The notes beneath the pieces are model-generated. The model saw only the letters and a program-made list of their open reading frames with translations. It had not been told where the DNA came from and did no database searches. A stretch of 64,000 bases of DNA from Chiloscyllium plagiosum (Eukaryota), in NCBI RefSeq assembly GCF_004010195.1, contig NC_057720.1, positions 33,408,195 to 33,472,194 on the forward strand, read 5' to 3'. Both the position numbers and the translations under genes were made by a program. Numbering within the stretch: the stretch's first letter is position 1; every line of letters begins with the position of its first letter. Positions 23,731 to 37,506 of the stretch are shown piece by piece.

Positions 23731-24334
23731 TATGTCTTAGTTTAACCCTGGATCTGAGGGCCAAATCAGGCCTGATGACCAAAAAGCTTTACGAAAACCT
23801 TAAGTTGGAAGCCATGTCTGACAGCACAGCACAAATATTTTAATCCCCCAAATACTGAACTAACAGTGCCACACAACCAAACTTTACCACACAACCCAAA
23901 TTTACCTTGCTTCTAAATGAGATGGCCAACGTCAGATTTGTTAAATCAAATAGCAGTGATAGAAAGACAAGTTGAGTTTTGTTTCTCCCCCCCCCACTAT
24001 TGGTAAAATAAATTTGAATATATAGCATTTAGGCCATCACGTTAGGCATTAGTGGCACCACGGTAGTGTAGCTACCTCTAAACCAAGAGACCCAGGCTCA
24101 AGTCCCACCAAGTCTAGAAATATGCAATAACATCTCTGAATTGTTGATTAATAAAATCATCTATAAACCAACATCACCTTGCCAACTGACAGAATCATCC
24201 TCATTTGCATTTCCAATGTGAGTTCATAAAGGGATGATTGTTGCAATTTTCACAAGTCAATTTACCATTCCAATTCAAATTGTCTATTTACCAGACACAA
24301 CATTAAAAAAAAAGATTTTAAGGTATTACGACAG

Positions 24335-24645
24335 ACCATAGAATTCGTAATGTGGAAACAGGCCATCCAGCCCACCAAGTCCACACCGACCCTCTGAAGA
24401 ACACCCCACCGCCCCCTTACCCGATAACCCTACACCTCCCATGACCAATGCACCCAACCTCTACATCCCGAGACACAATGGGCCATTGAGCGTGGCCAGT
24501 TCACTTACCCGCACATCTTTGGACTGTGGGAGGAAATCCACACAGACATGGGGAGAATGTGTAAACTCCAGAGTCACCTGAGGCTGGAATCGAATCTGGG
24601 TCCCTGGCACTGTGAGGGAGCAGTGCTAACTACTGAGCCACCATG
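24335..24645 (-). mobile_element. HE1 SINE
   Basis: Reverse complement of the HE1 head, V-domain and tail. Confidence 0.85.
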
Positions 24646-24721
24646 CTATGTATTCAAAACACGTCTCAGAATTGTGATTCATCCTGATTTAAGAAAGTGT
24701 TATGTAACCACAGAAACTAAT

Positions 24722-25045
24722 TGGGGCGGCACAGTGGCTCAATGATTAGCACTGCTGCCTCACAGCAGCAGTGACCCGGGTTCAATTCCCACATTGGAAG
24801 ACTGCCTGTGTGGAGTTCGTACATTCTCCCCATGTCTGTGTAGGTTTTCTCCAGGTGCTCCCAAATCCAAAGATGTGATGGTCAGGTGAATTGGCCATGC
24901 TAAATTGCCTGTTGTGTTAGGTGCATTAGTCAGGGGTAAATATAGGGTAGGGGAAGGGGTCTGGGTGGGTTACTCTTTGGAGGATCGGTGTGGACATGTT
25001 GGGCTGAAGGGTCTGTTTCCATACTGTAGGGAATCAAATCTAATT
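24722..25045 (+). mobile_element. HE1 SINE (head-to-head with the previous copy)
   Basis: A/B boxes, V-domain and tail. Confidence 0.88.
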
Positions 25046-25204
25046 TATTTTTATAGCAGAAAATCACTCAAGGTTCTTCAAAACATGGAAAATTAAACGC
25101 AGTACAATCATGGAAATGTTAGGAACTCAAAAGTAGGATTGCAGGCAGAGCTGGAGGCAAGCAGTAGCAATAAGGAAGAGGGCAATTTTGATACGGATCA
25201 AAAT

Positions 25205-26070
25205 GGATGAATGAATGATTTTATCATCATGTGGATTTTATCATCATGTGGATTTTACAGTAAGAATACAATAAAACACTGACAGACCTTTCATTTGTTG
25301 CCATGATTCAGTGCCTTTTTAAATAATTTAAGAATAAAGGGAAAAGAAAAAAAGATAGAGGTTAAAAAGAGTCCATCAGTCCTGACCCAGTTTAATCACT
25401 ATGAACAACATCTGTGCTGCCATCCTCCCCTTCTCGCTGCCATCTGCAAGACTTAACATTGTAAGTTGGCGATCCTGAGGCTAACTGCTAGGCCAACATT
25501 CCTCCGCCACTGCCTGTACGAGACCAACCAACATCGCAGTCGCATCTCTCACAGCTGGGCCGACCTTGTTTGCACATTCTCCACATTCTGGGTTTTCTCT
25601 GGGTGCTCCACTTTCCTCCCTCAATCCAAAGATGTGCAGGCTAGGTAAATCTGCCATGCTAAATTGCCAATAAAGTTCGAAGATGTGCAGTTAGGTGCAT
25701 TATTCAGGGGTAAACATAGGATAGTAGGGTAGGGGAATGGGTCTGGGTGGGTTACTCTTCAGAGGGTCAGTGCAGACTTGTTGGGCCAAAGGTCCTGTTT
25801 CCACACTGTAGGGATTCTATGAAACTCTGATGTAGCAGCCATCAATTCCAATGCCAGGTCCTATGCTTGCTCCAGAAAAGTAAGTAGGGGCTCACTTGAG
25901 GTCCATGCTAGACCATTACTGTCACTGATGCTATCCAAGCTCAGGACAAGAGGGGAGTGAGTGTATAAAGAGAAAAAACACAAGAGGAGAGAAAAAGAAA
26001 AGAAAATGGTAAGAAACTGGTCGGAGCTGATAAGTTCCAACTCAGGAGCCCTACTCCGATGCCATCTTGT
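25205..26070 (-). mobile_element. Second copy of the unclassified non-autonomous retroelement, interrupted by an HE1 3' fragment (25568-25822, +)
   Basis: Termini homologous to 8592-9275. Confidence 0.6.
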
Positions 26071-27964
26071 TCTTGTGTTATTCAATTATCAAAACTTCAG
26101 ACAAGGGCTTCACAGTTGACCAAATAACCGAAGAGAAGGACACAACAGGAATTAACAATTGACTATCATGTAGTTCTCTCTCTCGGAAAGATTGAGGAAG
26201 GACGTGATAGAATTAGTTAGACCTAAGAAAGGTTTACATAAATTATATCAGAAGTAAGCCCATCTGTCACATGCAGAGTTTCAGTACAAAAGGAACAAAA
26301 TGTAAGATAAAATACAGAGGAAATGATGGAGGAACATTTTTTTTAAAAAAATCAAAATAGGTGATAAATGAGAGGTAGCAAAACTAAAAACCATGATGTT
26401 TTTCAATAAAGAACTGAACAGATTATTCTTAATAAATCTGATTCAGGGTTGATAAAAATACACCAAATGAAGATTATGGAAGGGTGTAAATAATAAGATT
26501 ATCTACTGAAACTGTTTAAGGTGGTTGCAGCTACATGTATCACTGTCAAATATATTTTGGCATTCATCTACCTCGATACTAATTCTCGGAACCAATTCAA
26601 AAGACATCAAAATCCTATTAACACCATCTGAGCAATTACATTGATACCCTGCAGTGCAAGGATCTCAGAAGAGTCCTTAAATATTGTTAGCAATTCAGTC
26701 CTTCTGCACATAGTTACAAATTATTTATCAATAAAACAGCTATCCTAACACATCCAAATTATCCCGTATCAATCCAACCTTTGAGATAAGACCTCTTCCA
26801 ATTCACCACCCTTGACTTGTAAATGGAAAGATTTTCAATTTGACCTGCATTTTCAAATTTGATCAGAAAGACATTTAATGTACACCGAATGATATTTTAT
26901 GTATAGAACAGCCATCAAGACTTTTTTATTAGCTTTAAGTTGACAGGCTACGGGACAATAGCATAGTATTGACAATACTCAAAGTAATCTATCAAAATAT
27001 ATCCAGTCAGTTTGATATAATGCGATTGCATGAGAATGGGACAATCTCACATTTAAGAAAACCGCGCAACAGCAGCACCATTTAATGAAATGGGGCCGAA
27101 AACGCGTTATAGCCAATACAGGTAAGGAAAGTTCACATTTTACAGATAACTGTCTCGATTCTTCAATCATGTTAAATCCAATTCACATTGAAGAAACACG
27201 CATTATAGCAGAACCGACTTAATAGAATAGATGAAGCCCTATACACATAATTGCAACAAGATATCAACTCTCCGGAAGTACTTATCCAATTTTCTCTTAT
27301 TCATGCCTTTACATTAATAAACTTTCAGTAAACTAAATGAGATAAAGAAATGAATAGGATTACTGTAATAGCCAATCTTCCCCATAGATAATTTGCTCAG
27401 TATTTATGTCTGTTGTTTCCATTTTGCTCCTGTCAATTGCCACACCCACATCTCCTTGTCATGTTTCAACCAACAACACCACCTTTCTATCCTCACAATC
27501 AGCACATAATGGATGACAGGCAGCAATGAAGCACTTAAGACTTTCTGTAGTTCGCCGAGAACCTGCCATACACATGAACATCGACTATAGACCGTCTTCT
27601 CATCACATCTGCCCACCTCTCCACTGAGGTAGCTCTCTTTCACCCTATTCCTTTGTCGAATCATTGTTCCACAGCACCATAGCTACATAAGCTACTGTTA
27701 TTACCTATACTTAGTTATCATTTTGATCTTCCCTTTCCTCTGGCTTTATCTCCAATTACAAGTATAGCCTCACCCTTCCTGTCAATTCATTTCTTAATCT
27801 TGCAATGTACCAGACAACCACTGCCCAACAACTCCAAACTTGGACCACTTGCACTTTTGGCCCATCACTTAGTTTTTGTGTCCAGCTCTACTAAGATTTA
27901 CTCCTCAGTTCTCTAATGACCTATACCTACCTCCTTGCCAAGAGGAGTCTGTTGTATTTTAGTG

Positions 27965-28400
27965 ATTCAGTCTAGCTTAGACAAAAATAGGGGTAGGCCA
28001 CTCGTCCCCTCAAGCTTCCTCCACACCTTTGATAAGATCATGACTGACCTATGGCCTCTACTTTCCTGTCTACCCACTCTGCCTTCCTTGTTAATCAAGG
28101 ATTTACCCAAATCTGCCATGAAGACATTCAATGCCCAGCATCCAATATTATTGGTGGTGGTGGGGAGGGAGGATTCCACAGATTAATGAATCAAAATCTC
28201 CACAATATCTCCTCTTAAATGCAAGCTGACCTATTTGGAAATTGTGTCCTCTAGTTTTCGTCTAGAGGGAAACATCCTTTCAGCATCCAGCCTGTCAAGC
28301 TCTCTCAGGGTCTTACATGTTTCATTAAGATCACACCCTATTCTTCTAAACTCTAATGGAAACAGGCCCAACTGTCCAGGTTTTCTTCTTCAAATAATCC
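27965..28400 (-). mobile_element. Old CR1 3' fragment
   Basis: Degenerate reverse complement of the CR1 ORF2 end and tail. Confidence 0.65.
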
Positions 28401-29399
28401 ACTTGGCCATGCCTCCTGACTCAGGAGACCCACAGGATTATACTTTCCATGCACTGGTTTTCAAAATGTCTGTTGTTCACCATATGCATATTACTGTCAG
28501 TTACAGCAATGTTAATAGAGGAGCTGTGGTGCAGATATTATTCTTGAAAACTGAGGAAACCTGATCACAGCTTAATAAAATTGTCGAGTGGCACAATACA
28601 GTGGGCATTAGTCCAGAAAAGAGGATCATAAACATAAGGAAGCCAATAACAAAATCAAATGAAAAATTTAGGAGGACTGTCTTGACCAAGAATTGTGACA
28701 ATGTGAAAGCCTCTATCACATTGATACAGAGGGGACTGACATATGCAAGAGGGAATGAAAATAAAGAATATTAGGAGAAGCGACAAAGGGATGGATAGGA
28801 GGATGCTAATTGGAGCACAAAAACCAGCACAAACCAATTAGGCAGAGTTTCTATGGCCTGTCAATCTGCTCTGTGCTGATAATTCCAAATAATTCTATTT
28901 AGCAATCAGAACCAGAAAATACCAATAGCAAAGGTATGCCAAGACTCAATTTTAACTCTTGATCTGACCATGCAATTTTATTATCATGACAACACCAATA
29001 TTACTCATTGTGATCAAGTTAAAAAAAAGTTCCTCACAGATGTGCCCCATTTGGTAACATTCCCACTTGAGTCAGTCAGAAGTCACACAGCAAGGTTTGA
29101 GCATCTAATCTAAACGGACACTTCAGTGCCTTATCGCAGAAGTGATGCAAGGGGATACTGTATTTCAAAACAGACATTTTTGTTGCAAACAGATAATTTA
29201 TGAAGAAAGTATATTTGAGCATAAAAGTTCCAAAACAGTTCCCTGTGAATCTTGTAGAAAATACGGTAGAATTTAAGTTTCCTCTTTAGAGCTCCAATCC
29301 AATTGCAACAAAGACATTTTCTTATCATGCAAGAAAACTTTTTAAATTCACATTAAGGCAATGAGAGAATCTTGAAATTTAACAGTCCATCATTGTACT

Positions 29400-29830
29400 T
29401 TAGCTGAAAGACCTTGGGCTGCAGTCTTTCCCCACTGCCCCAAGCTTTAATGTGTCTTTCAGCATGTAGACCTGGACTGTGGAATATGCCAGTCTGCAGC
29501 ACACAACCGAGCACAACTCTGTGCACCGGAAGATCTCTGGAAGGGCTTATGCCCAAAATGTCAATTCCCTGCTCCTCGTATACTGCCTGACCTGCTGTGC
29601 TTTTCCAGCACTACACTCTCGACACTGGAAGATCAGCAGGTTTTGAGTAGACCAAAGAGCCTTTTTCACCAAGTTGATGGTCTTCCAGGCGCAGTTAATG
29701 TTGGTCTCAGTGTTCATCCCGGGGAGCACAAAGATCACGAAGCTGCCTGGGAAAACCTCAATAAAAACCACTGCATCTCTCTCAAGCCTTTTTTGAAATG
29801 GCACATTCCAGAACAGACTCTAAAACAAGG
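29400..29830 (-). mobile_element. Tx1/L1-clade LINE C-terminal fragment, interrupted by a family-A PLE tail (29536-29622)
   Basis: PGMNTETNINCAWKTINLVKKALWSTQNLLIFQC resembles a Tx1 ORF2 end. The insert is flanked by cac(c/t)ggaagatc at 29524-29535 and 29623-29634. Confidence 0.6.
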
Positions 29831-29869
29831 TCCCATTTTAGGTGAATATAACAAATTCCACTATCATTA

Positions 29870-30145
29870 ATAGAAATTGCTGGAAATGTTCAGTAGGTTT
29901 GGCAGCATCTGTGGTGAGAAATCAGAGTTAATATTTTGGGTCCAGTGACCCTTCCTCAGAATTGATGGTAGCTAGGAAAAAATTGTTTTTTATGCAGAAG
30001 ATATGGTGGCAGGGGAGGGTAAGGAATAAATAATAAATGGAGATAGAGTCCAAAGAAAGAGAACAACAGTTGGACAAAGGATTGAACAACAAACTGTCAG
30101 GAGGAATGAATAGCTACTAATGGGGACAATTAGTGGCTAACATAG
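29870..30145 (-). mobile_element. PLE 3' UTR with HHR family B (decayed)
   Basis: Minus strand CTGAGGA-A-GGGTC-actg-GACCC-AAAA-TA-TT-aactc; homologous to 60110-60260 plus 61116-61240. Confidence 0.7.
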
Positions 30146-30187
30146 CCAATCATTTTCTCAGCCTGATATGCATTTCTTTCAGTATTT

Positions 30188-30640
30188 AGAGTCAGATTTA
30201 GAGCACGGAAACAGATCCTTAGGTCCAACTCGTCCATCCCAACCAGATATCCTAAATTAATCTAGTTCCATTTGCCAGCATTTGACCCTTATCCCTCTCA
30301 ACCCTTTCTATTCATATATGCATCCAAATGCCTTTTAAATGTTGTAATTGTACCAGCCTCCACCACTTCCTATGGCAGCTTATTCCATACACACACCACC
30401 CTCTGCATGAAAAAGTTGCCACTTAAGTTACTTTTAAATTTTTCCCCTCTCACCTTAAATCTATGCCTTGTAATTTTGGACACCACACCCTGGGGAAAGG
30501 GGTGTCTATTTACCCTATCCATGCCCCCCCATAATTTAATCAACATCTATGAGATCACTCCTCAGCCTCCAATGCTCTAGAGAAAATAGTCTCTCCCTGT
30601 AGCTCAAACCTTCCAACCCTGGCAACATCCTTATAAATTT
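30188..30640 (-). mobile_element. CR1 3' fragment
   Basis: Same family as 32685-33900. Confidence 0.88.
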
Positions 30641-31722
30641 ATTTAGTCATTATCGCATTGTTGTTCTCCTGTTTTCACTGGTATTGAAAGTGCGACTGCA
30701 CTTCAAGAATACTTTGTTTTTACATTGGTAGTTTGTCCAGACTCAGCAGACCTGCAGTGTTAGCTTCACCCAATGTGGACTGATACAATTGCGATTCCTC
30801 GGGAATTGATTCGTCCATATCACCCAAACAACAAATTACTATCCAATCAAAAAGTATTGGACAAACCAAACTTCGGTTAGAGAGGCAAAGGACAGCAACG
30901 GGATGTTCTTTTTTCTCTGAGCGGCACAGACTCTCTCAGTTCTAATCTTCTATTCACATTCTGAAACAATTACTATATCCAGCTAGAAAACAGCTATGCC
31001 AGGCATCAATGCTCCTCGCTCTGAAATCATCAGCTCACAACCATGCTGAAGAGCTGGGTAGACTTCCTCATTAGTTGCCATGTGTTTTTCTATCCTCTCT
31101 TTCCTTGCCTGCCTGCACTTCCAACTTCCAAGCCGTAGAAGTTTTCCTTAGCAAGATGTGTTGCTTTTCTTTTTGAAGGCGATGTGGAAGGGTCAGTATT
31201 TTCTTCGGCGCTAACTTGCCCCTTCTGAAGGGAGGCTGGTGAAAATTCACCAGAGTAGGGCTGGGCTGCGAGGGAAACGTTGCAGGGCGAACCCAGCTCC
31301 ACTCAACAGGAAACTAACCAAACCCTGTACCAGGGTAGGCCTGCAACCATCTCTATAACGTTGTTCCAAAAATAACTAACTCGGACTAAAGGTTAGCCCC
31401 GACAACCTCATTAAAGTTTGTTCAACTCCGAGAACCCTGAACTTTAAGACAATCTGAGGAACATGTATTCTTTTTAAAAAAAAGAATCCCCAACTATCAA
31501 CATGGTCCCAAAATGAAACGCTTGGTCGTAAAAAGGAGCATTGAGAGGAGACTTTTCTATCAGTACTTGTGAAACGTGCCGCGAGTGCATCTTTTGCAGT
31601 TATCGTTCAACAAGTGATGTAATCAATAACGGGCAATGCCACGCCTTGATAAAGAACAAAAGGAGTAACAACTTGGAGAGACTCGGGATGTGCAGGAGAG
31701 GAGGGCAACAAGCCACACTCAC

Positions 31723-31980
31723 CTGGCTGCTGTCTGCTCCGACACCCCACTCCCGCGTGCTGATGTCCCCGTGAGACAAGCCAAAGGAGAAAGCTCCGGC
31801 TCCCAAGCGGAAAGCAGCGAAAACCTCTCAGCAAAATCGTGCGTCAACTTCCCATCTCAGCTGCGCATGTCTGAGACCTCCTCATCTCTCACTCTCTCTG
31901 TGTCAGTGCCAGGGACAGACTGATCCATCTTTCGCTCCTCACTGCTCCTGTAATACCGACCGGCTCCCAAAGAGTGGGGA
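31723..31980 (-). promoter_or_regulatory. Probable non-coding first exon and CpG-rich promoter of the elongase gene
   Basis: Non-repetitive, locally CpG-rich stretch (about 31.2-32.0 kb) with a perfect minus-strand donor CAG|GTGAGT (exon end 31723), in the same orientation as the elongase. The TSS cannot be placed. Confidence 0.55.
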
Positions 31981-32054
31981 AAAGAAAGTTGTTTTGCTTT
32001 ACCTATAAACTATTTTAAAGAAGTTTTTTTTTTCGTTTTTGAAGAAAGTGCGAG

Positions 32055-32340
32055 GAAAGAGGCCATTCGGCCCATCGAGTCTGCACCTACCCTCCGAAGA
32101 ACATAACCCCGCATGGATTTTCTTGATAAACCATGGCTAACCACCACCTAACTTGCCCATCCCCTGCCCTGGAACAATTGTTGGCACGGCTGATTCACCT
32201 CACCTCCGTACCTTCACGCTGTGGGGAGGAAACTGGAGCACCTGGAGGAAACCCACGTAGAGACTGGGAGAATGTAGAGTTTGCACTCACACACAAGAGT
32301 TGAGCTCAAGTCCCCGGTATTCTGAGGCAATATTGCCACG
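32055..32340 (-). mobile_element. Diverged HE1-type SINE
   Basis: ggaaactggagcacctggaggaaacccacg is the reverse V-domain. Confidence 0.75.
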
Positions 32341-32684
32341 TAGTAATAAAAGGTGTCCAGCTTATAAAGCATGTAGAGTAAAACATCAAATCTCGAGAAT
32401 TACGGTTTCGAGTACTGCCGCACTCCTTATCTAGACAGGCTCGTTACAGAAGAGAAACAAATTAAGTGTGCATGGCCAGGTCATCAGTTGTAATTCATCA
32501 CCGCAATGCCTTTAAATTTGTGCATCTTGAAATTACCGATTGTATTGTGTTCCAACGCAGCAAATAAAAGCAAAATATTGGCGACGAAGCATGAAAATAT
32601 GAAACAAACACAAAGTTCTGGAGAAACTCAGCAGTACTTGTGCAGTGGTAAAGCTGAAAGAATTAAAGTTTGCAATTCGATATA

Positions 32685-33900
32685 GAGTCACATAGTCACA
32701 GAGATGTACAGCATGGAAACAGACCCTTCGGTCCAACCCGTCCACGCCGACCAGATATCCCAACCCAATCTAATCCCACCTGCCAGCACCCAGTCCATAT
32801 TCCTCCAAACCCTTCCTATTCATATATCCATCCAAATGCCTTTTAAATGTTGCAATTGTACCAGCCTCCATCACTTCCTCTGGCAGCTCATTCCATACAT
32901 GTACTCTGTGTGAAAATGTTGCCCCTTAGATCTCTTTTATACCTTTCCCCTCTCACCCTAAACCTATGCCCTCTAGTTCTGGACTCCCCAGCCCAGGGAA
33001 AATACTTTGTCTACTTATCCTATCCATGTCACTCATAATTTTGTAAATCTCTATAATGTCACCTCTCAGCCTCCAACATTCCAGGGAAAACAGCCCCAGC
33101 CTGTTCAGACTCTCCCGATAACTCAAATCCTCCAACCCTGGTAACATCCTTGTAAATCTTTTCTGAACCCTTTCAAGGTTCACAACATCACATTCTCCCC
33201 ATGTCTGCGTGGGTTTCCTCCGGGTGCTCCAGTTTCCTCCCACCATCCAAAAATGTGCACGTTCGGTGAATTGGCCATGCTAAATTGCCCGTAGTGTTAG
33301 GTGAAGGGGTGAATGTAGGGGAATGGGTCTGGGTGGGTTGCTCTTTGGAGGGTCGGTGTGGACTTGTTGGGCCAAAGGGCCTATTTCCACACTGTAAGTA
33401 ATCTAATCTAATCTAATCTAATCTAATCTTTCCAATAGGAAGGAGACCAGAATTGCATGCAATATTTCAACAGTGTCCTAACCAATGTCCTGTACAGCCG
33501 CAACATGACCTCCCAACTCCTGTACTCAATACTCTGACCAATAAAAGAAAGCATACCAAATGCCTTCTTCACTATCTTATCTACTTGCGACTCTACTTTC
33601 AAGGAGCTATGAACCTGCTTCGCTGTCCACTACACCTCCAATTTTGATGTCAACTGCAAACTTACTAACTGTACCTCTTATGCTCGCATCTAAATCATTT
33701 ACATAAATGTCAAAAAGTAGAGGACCCAGCACCGATCCTTGTGGCACTCCACTGGTAACAGGCCTCCAGTCTGAAAAACAAGCCTCCACCACCACCTTCT
33801 GTCTTCTACCTTTGAGCCAGTTCTGTATCCAAATGGCTAGTTCTCCCTGTATTCCGTGAGATCTAACCTTGCTAACCAGTCTCCCATGGGGAACCTTGTG
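32685..33900 (-). mobile_element. CR1 RT/3' fragment with a nested HE1 SINE (33190-33427, +)
   Basis: [33 protein letters not shown]; the HE1 ends in (aatct)n. Confidence 0.92.
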
Positions 33901-35037
33901 ATATGACTCCTACAATCATATAGAAGAGTCACTTTGGCCCTTTGAGTCTACACTGACAAAACTACAAAGTCTACACAGCCCCACTGAACAAAGAAGAGTT
34001 CTGAAGAAGTCGCATCACACTTGAAACCAATGTGTTTGTTTCTCCACAGATACTGCCAAATCTGCTGAGTTTCCCTGGCAATCTTTGTGTTTGTTCCAAC
34101 TCTTCAAATTCATTTTACCCATCATCCTTTGGTTTCTCATCTAGTGACAGCTTGGTTTTAAAGTTCTAAATTGTTAAGGTGTTCCATGTTCTCACTTTCT
34201 TTTAGCTCTGTGACATTATCCAGACATGGAACTGTCCAATTCTGGCCTCTTGTATATCTTCAAAGTTACAGCATAGATAGCTATATGATGAGCAATAGCA
34301 CATTGAAGCCAAATCTCTATGCCTTTAAAACGCCAGCATGTCAGAGTAACCAATTATCCAACTTATAATTCTTGTTTCAAATCTTCTCTTATACATATGA
34401 GAGTGAGTTTGATACATGGACAATGCCCAGCTTATTTGGAAGTAGAGATCTGCTGCTTTCCCATCCACCTTGACCGGTCTCCCAAATAACAAGGAGCAGG
34501 TATGGCATCAGGCAATCTGCCTGCCCTGAGGAATATTGAAACCCTTAACTGGACATGAACTGCCACTTAAGGTATTCATTATACCTCTGCTGCAACCTTT
34601 CAGTCTGCAGGGAAGACAAAAACAAGGCTAAGAGCATTGGCAGTGTGAGCTACTGTCAGGCAGGAAGGTGGAGAGATACATCTTTTTTTGGGGGGGGTGT
34701 CCCTTGTAAAAGCACTCATCAAGATGATACCCTCACTTTGACCCTCCACCCTCCTATCCTGTTCCCCATAATCCTTATTGGGGTTTCCCAGCTTTGTCCA
34801 CTCAAACTCCTCATAGTTACCTGTTATCAAGGTAACTTCATGAAACTGATTGTAGTCCAGGAAGTGGGAAGTTTTTATCAGTAGCTGCTGATGCTACAGA
34901 GAATCCTCATGATTTAAAGACTCATTTAAATTTTTGCATCTTGATCTTTTCAATCTACATTAACTCCCACCCACGTTCTGTACAATGGTCAATAAAGTCA
35001 GCATTTTAGTTGGTGATTTTGGAGAAGATTTATAGCT

Positions 35038-35917
35038 CAGGTTGTAAGTTTGCTTGCTGAGCTGATAGATTTGTTCTCAGATGTTTCATCACCATGCTAG
35101 GTAACATCATCAGTGAGCCTCCATTGAAGCGCTGTGTTCTGTCCCACTTGCTATTTATCTGTCTTGGTCTGGTGTAGTGGGTGATATATCACTTCCAGTT
35201 CTTTTTCTGAGAGGTTAGTAAATGGGGTCCAAATCGATATGTTTGTTAATGGAGTTCCGGTTTGAATGCCAGGCCTCTAGGAATTCCCATGCATGTCTTT
35301 ATTTAGCCTGTCCTAGGATGGATGTATTGTCCCAGTCTAACTGGTGTCCCTTTTCGTCTGTGTGTAAGGATTCTAGTGATAGTTGGTCACGTCTTTTGGT
35401 GGCTAGTTGGTGCTCATGTGTCCTGGTGGCTAGCTTCCTTCCCATTTGTCCAATGTAATGTTTTCTGCAGTCTTTGCAGGGTATTTTGTGTATGACATTT
35501 GTCCTGCTGGTTCTTGGTCCAGGGTCCATTAAATTCATCAGGAGCTGTTTCAGTGTGGTTGTAGGTTTGTGGGCTACCATGATACCTAGAGATGGAGTAG
35601 TCTGGTCGTCATCTCCGAGATGTCTTTAATGTATGGCAGGGTGGCTAGGGTTTCTGGGCATATAATGTCTTGTTTAGTTCTGTTGTGTACAAATCGGCAG
35701 ATTGAGCTTATCAGGTACCCTTGTTCTTGAATACGTTGTACAGGTGTTTTTCCTCAGCTTCTCTTAGTTCCCAGGTGCTGCAGTGTGTTGTGGCTCATTT
35801 AAATAATGTCCTGATGCAGCTCCATTTGTGGGTGTCGGGATGATTGCTGCTGTAGTTGAGTATCTGGTCAGTGTGTGTGGCTTTCCTGTAAATGATGGTC
35901 TTTAGTTTTTCATTGGC
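35038..35917 (-). mobile_element. Penelope-like (Poseidon-type) 3' part, copy 1, with HHR family D at 35076-35117
   Basis: TNVIHKIPCKDCRKHYIGQMGRKLATRTHEH GIY-YIG; minus strand ctca-CTGATGA-T-GTTACC-tagcat-GGTGAT-GAAA-CA-TC-tgag. Confidence 0.9.
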
Positions 35918-36039
35918 GTGAAGAGAGAATAAAAAACACCGCTTGCCGCCTCCGGTAAGTAATTTTGAAACAAACTGTTTTACCTTAGCTGTAGTCTCCC
36001 GGGTTCGCCTTTACTCGGCCGCTGCTCCCACTCCCACTC

Positions 36040-36825
36040 TGTCTTGGTCTGGTGTAGTGGGTGATATATCACTTCCGGTTCTTTTTCTGAGAGGTTAGTA
36101 AATGGGGTCCAAATCGATATGTTTGTTAATGGAGTTCCGGTTTGAATGCCAGGCCTCGAGGAATTCCCGTGCATGTCTTTATTTAGCCTGTCCTAGGATG
36201 GATGTATTGTCCTAGTCTAACTGGTGTCCCTTTTCGTCTGTGTGTAAGGATTCTAGTGATGGTTGGTCACTTCTTTTGGTGGCTAGTTGGTGCTCATGTG
36301 TCCTGGTGGCTAGCTTCCTTCCCATTTGCCCAATGTAATGTTTTCTGCAGTCTTTGCAGGGTATTTTGTGTATGACATTTGTCCTGCTGGTTGTTGGTCC
36401 AGGGTCCATTAAATTCATCAGAAGCTGTTTCAGTGTGGTTGTAGGTTTGTGGGCTACCATGATACCTAGAGATGGAGTAGTCTGGTCGTCATCTCCGAGA
36501 TGTCTTTAATGTATGGCAGGGTGGCTAGGGTTTCTGGGCATATAATGTCTTGTTTAGTTCTGTTGTGTACAAATCGGCAGATTGAGCTTATCAGGTACCC
36601 TTGTTCTTGAATACGTTGTACAGGTGTTTTTCCTCAGCTTCTCTTAGTTCCCAGGTGCTGCAGTGTGTTGTGGCTCATTTAAATAATGTCCTGATGCAGC
36701 TCCATTTGTGGGTGTCGGGATGATTGCTGCTGTAGTTGAGTATCTGGTCAGTGTGTGTGGCTTTCCTGTAAATGATGGTCTTTAGTTTTTCATTGGCTTT
36801 GCATTCTACCATGAATCTAGGAAGG
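36040..36825 (-). mobile_element. Penelope-like 3' part, copy 2 (near-identical tandem duplicate)
   Basis: 36040-36797 equals 35160-35917 (offset 880) with about 9 substitutions; YRKATHTDQILNY motif. Confidence 0.9.
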
Positions 36826-36829
36826 GGAG

Positions 36830-37160
36830 TCACTAATATCCAGATGAAGAGTGACACCAGTTTGGCTGGGACAATGAATCCATCCTGCAAAAGGCTAAAC
36901 AAAGTCACGCACGGGAATTTCTAGAGGCCTGGCATTCAAACTGGAATTCCATTAACAAACATATTGATTTGGATCCTATTTACCAACCTCTCAGAAAAAG
37001 AACCAGAAGTGATATCAACCACCATAACAGACCAAGACAGATAAATAGCGAGTGGGACAGAACACCAGCGCTTCATTGGAGGCTCACTGATGTCACCTAG
37101 CATGGTAACAAAATGTCTGAGAACAAATCTACCAGCTCATCGAGCAAACTTGCAACCTGA
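36830..37160 (+). mobile_element. Inverted PLE 3' terminal repeat (pseudo-LTR) with decayed HHR
   Basis: Reverse complement of about 35038-35380. Confidence 0.85.
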
Positions 37161-37506
37161 TTTTCTTTGGTTTTAGTGCAGGATTGACTACCTTCATTTT
37201 CTGCTTTCAGTCTCTGTTGGTTTATGGCTGTACCTTGCAAGGATATCTTTGAACACCAGGAAGCCGATAATACTGAGTTAGTACTGTAGTACTATGAGTT
37301 TTCTATGAGTATTTTCCTTTGCAAAGCTCACCTCTTTGACAATAAATCAGATGTGCTTTGTATCCAGATAGAAACCCTAATTAACTATTTTTTGGATCCC
37401 CAATTCTATTGTATCTTGGAATTAAACACACAGTTTGAGCACTTCCCTGTGAGATTTGTAAACTAACAGTTCAGCACAGCTGCTCATCAACTTCAGATTC
37501 TTCAGT

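Noticed and set aside
24335..25045. Head-to-head HE1 pair as a composite element
   Set aside because: The copies are diverged from each other with no shared TSD; chance adjacency of an abundant SINE.
25218..25256. 17-bp tandem duplication gattttatcatcatgtg
   Set aside because: Simple slippage inside a repeat tail; no sign of function.
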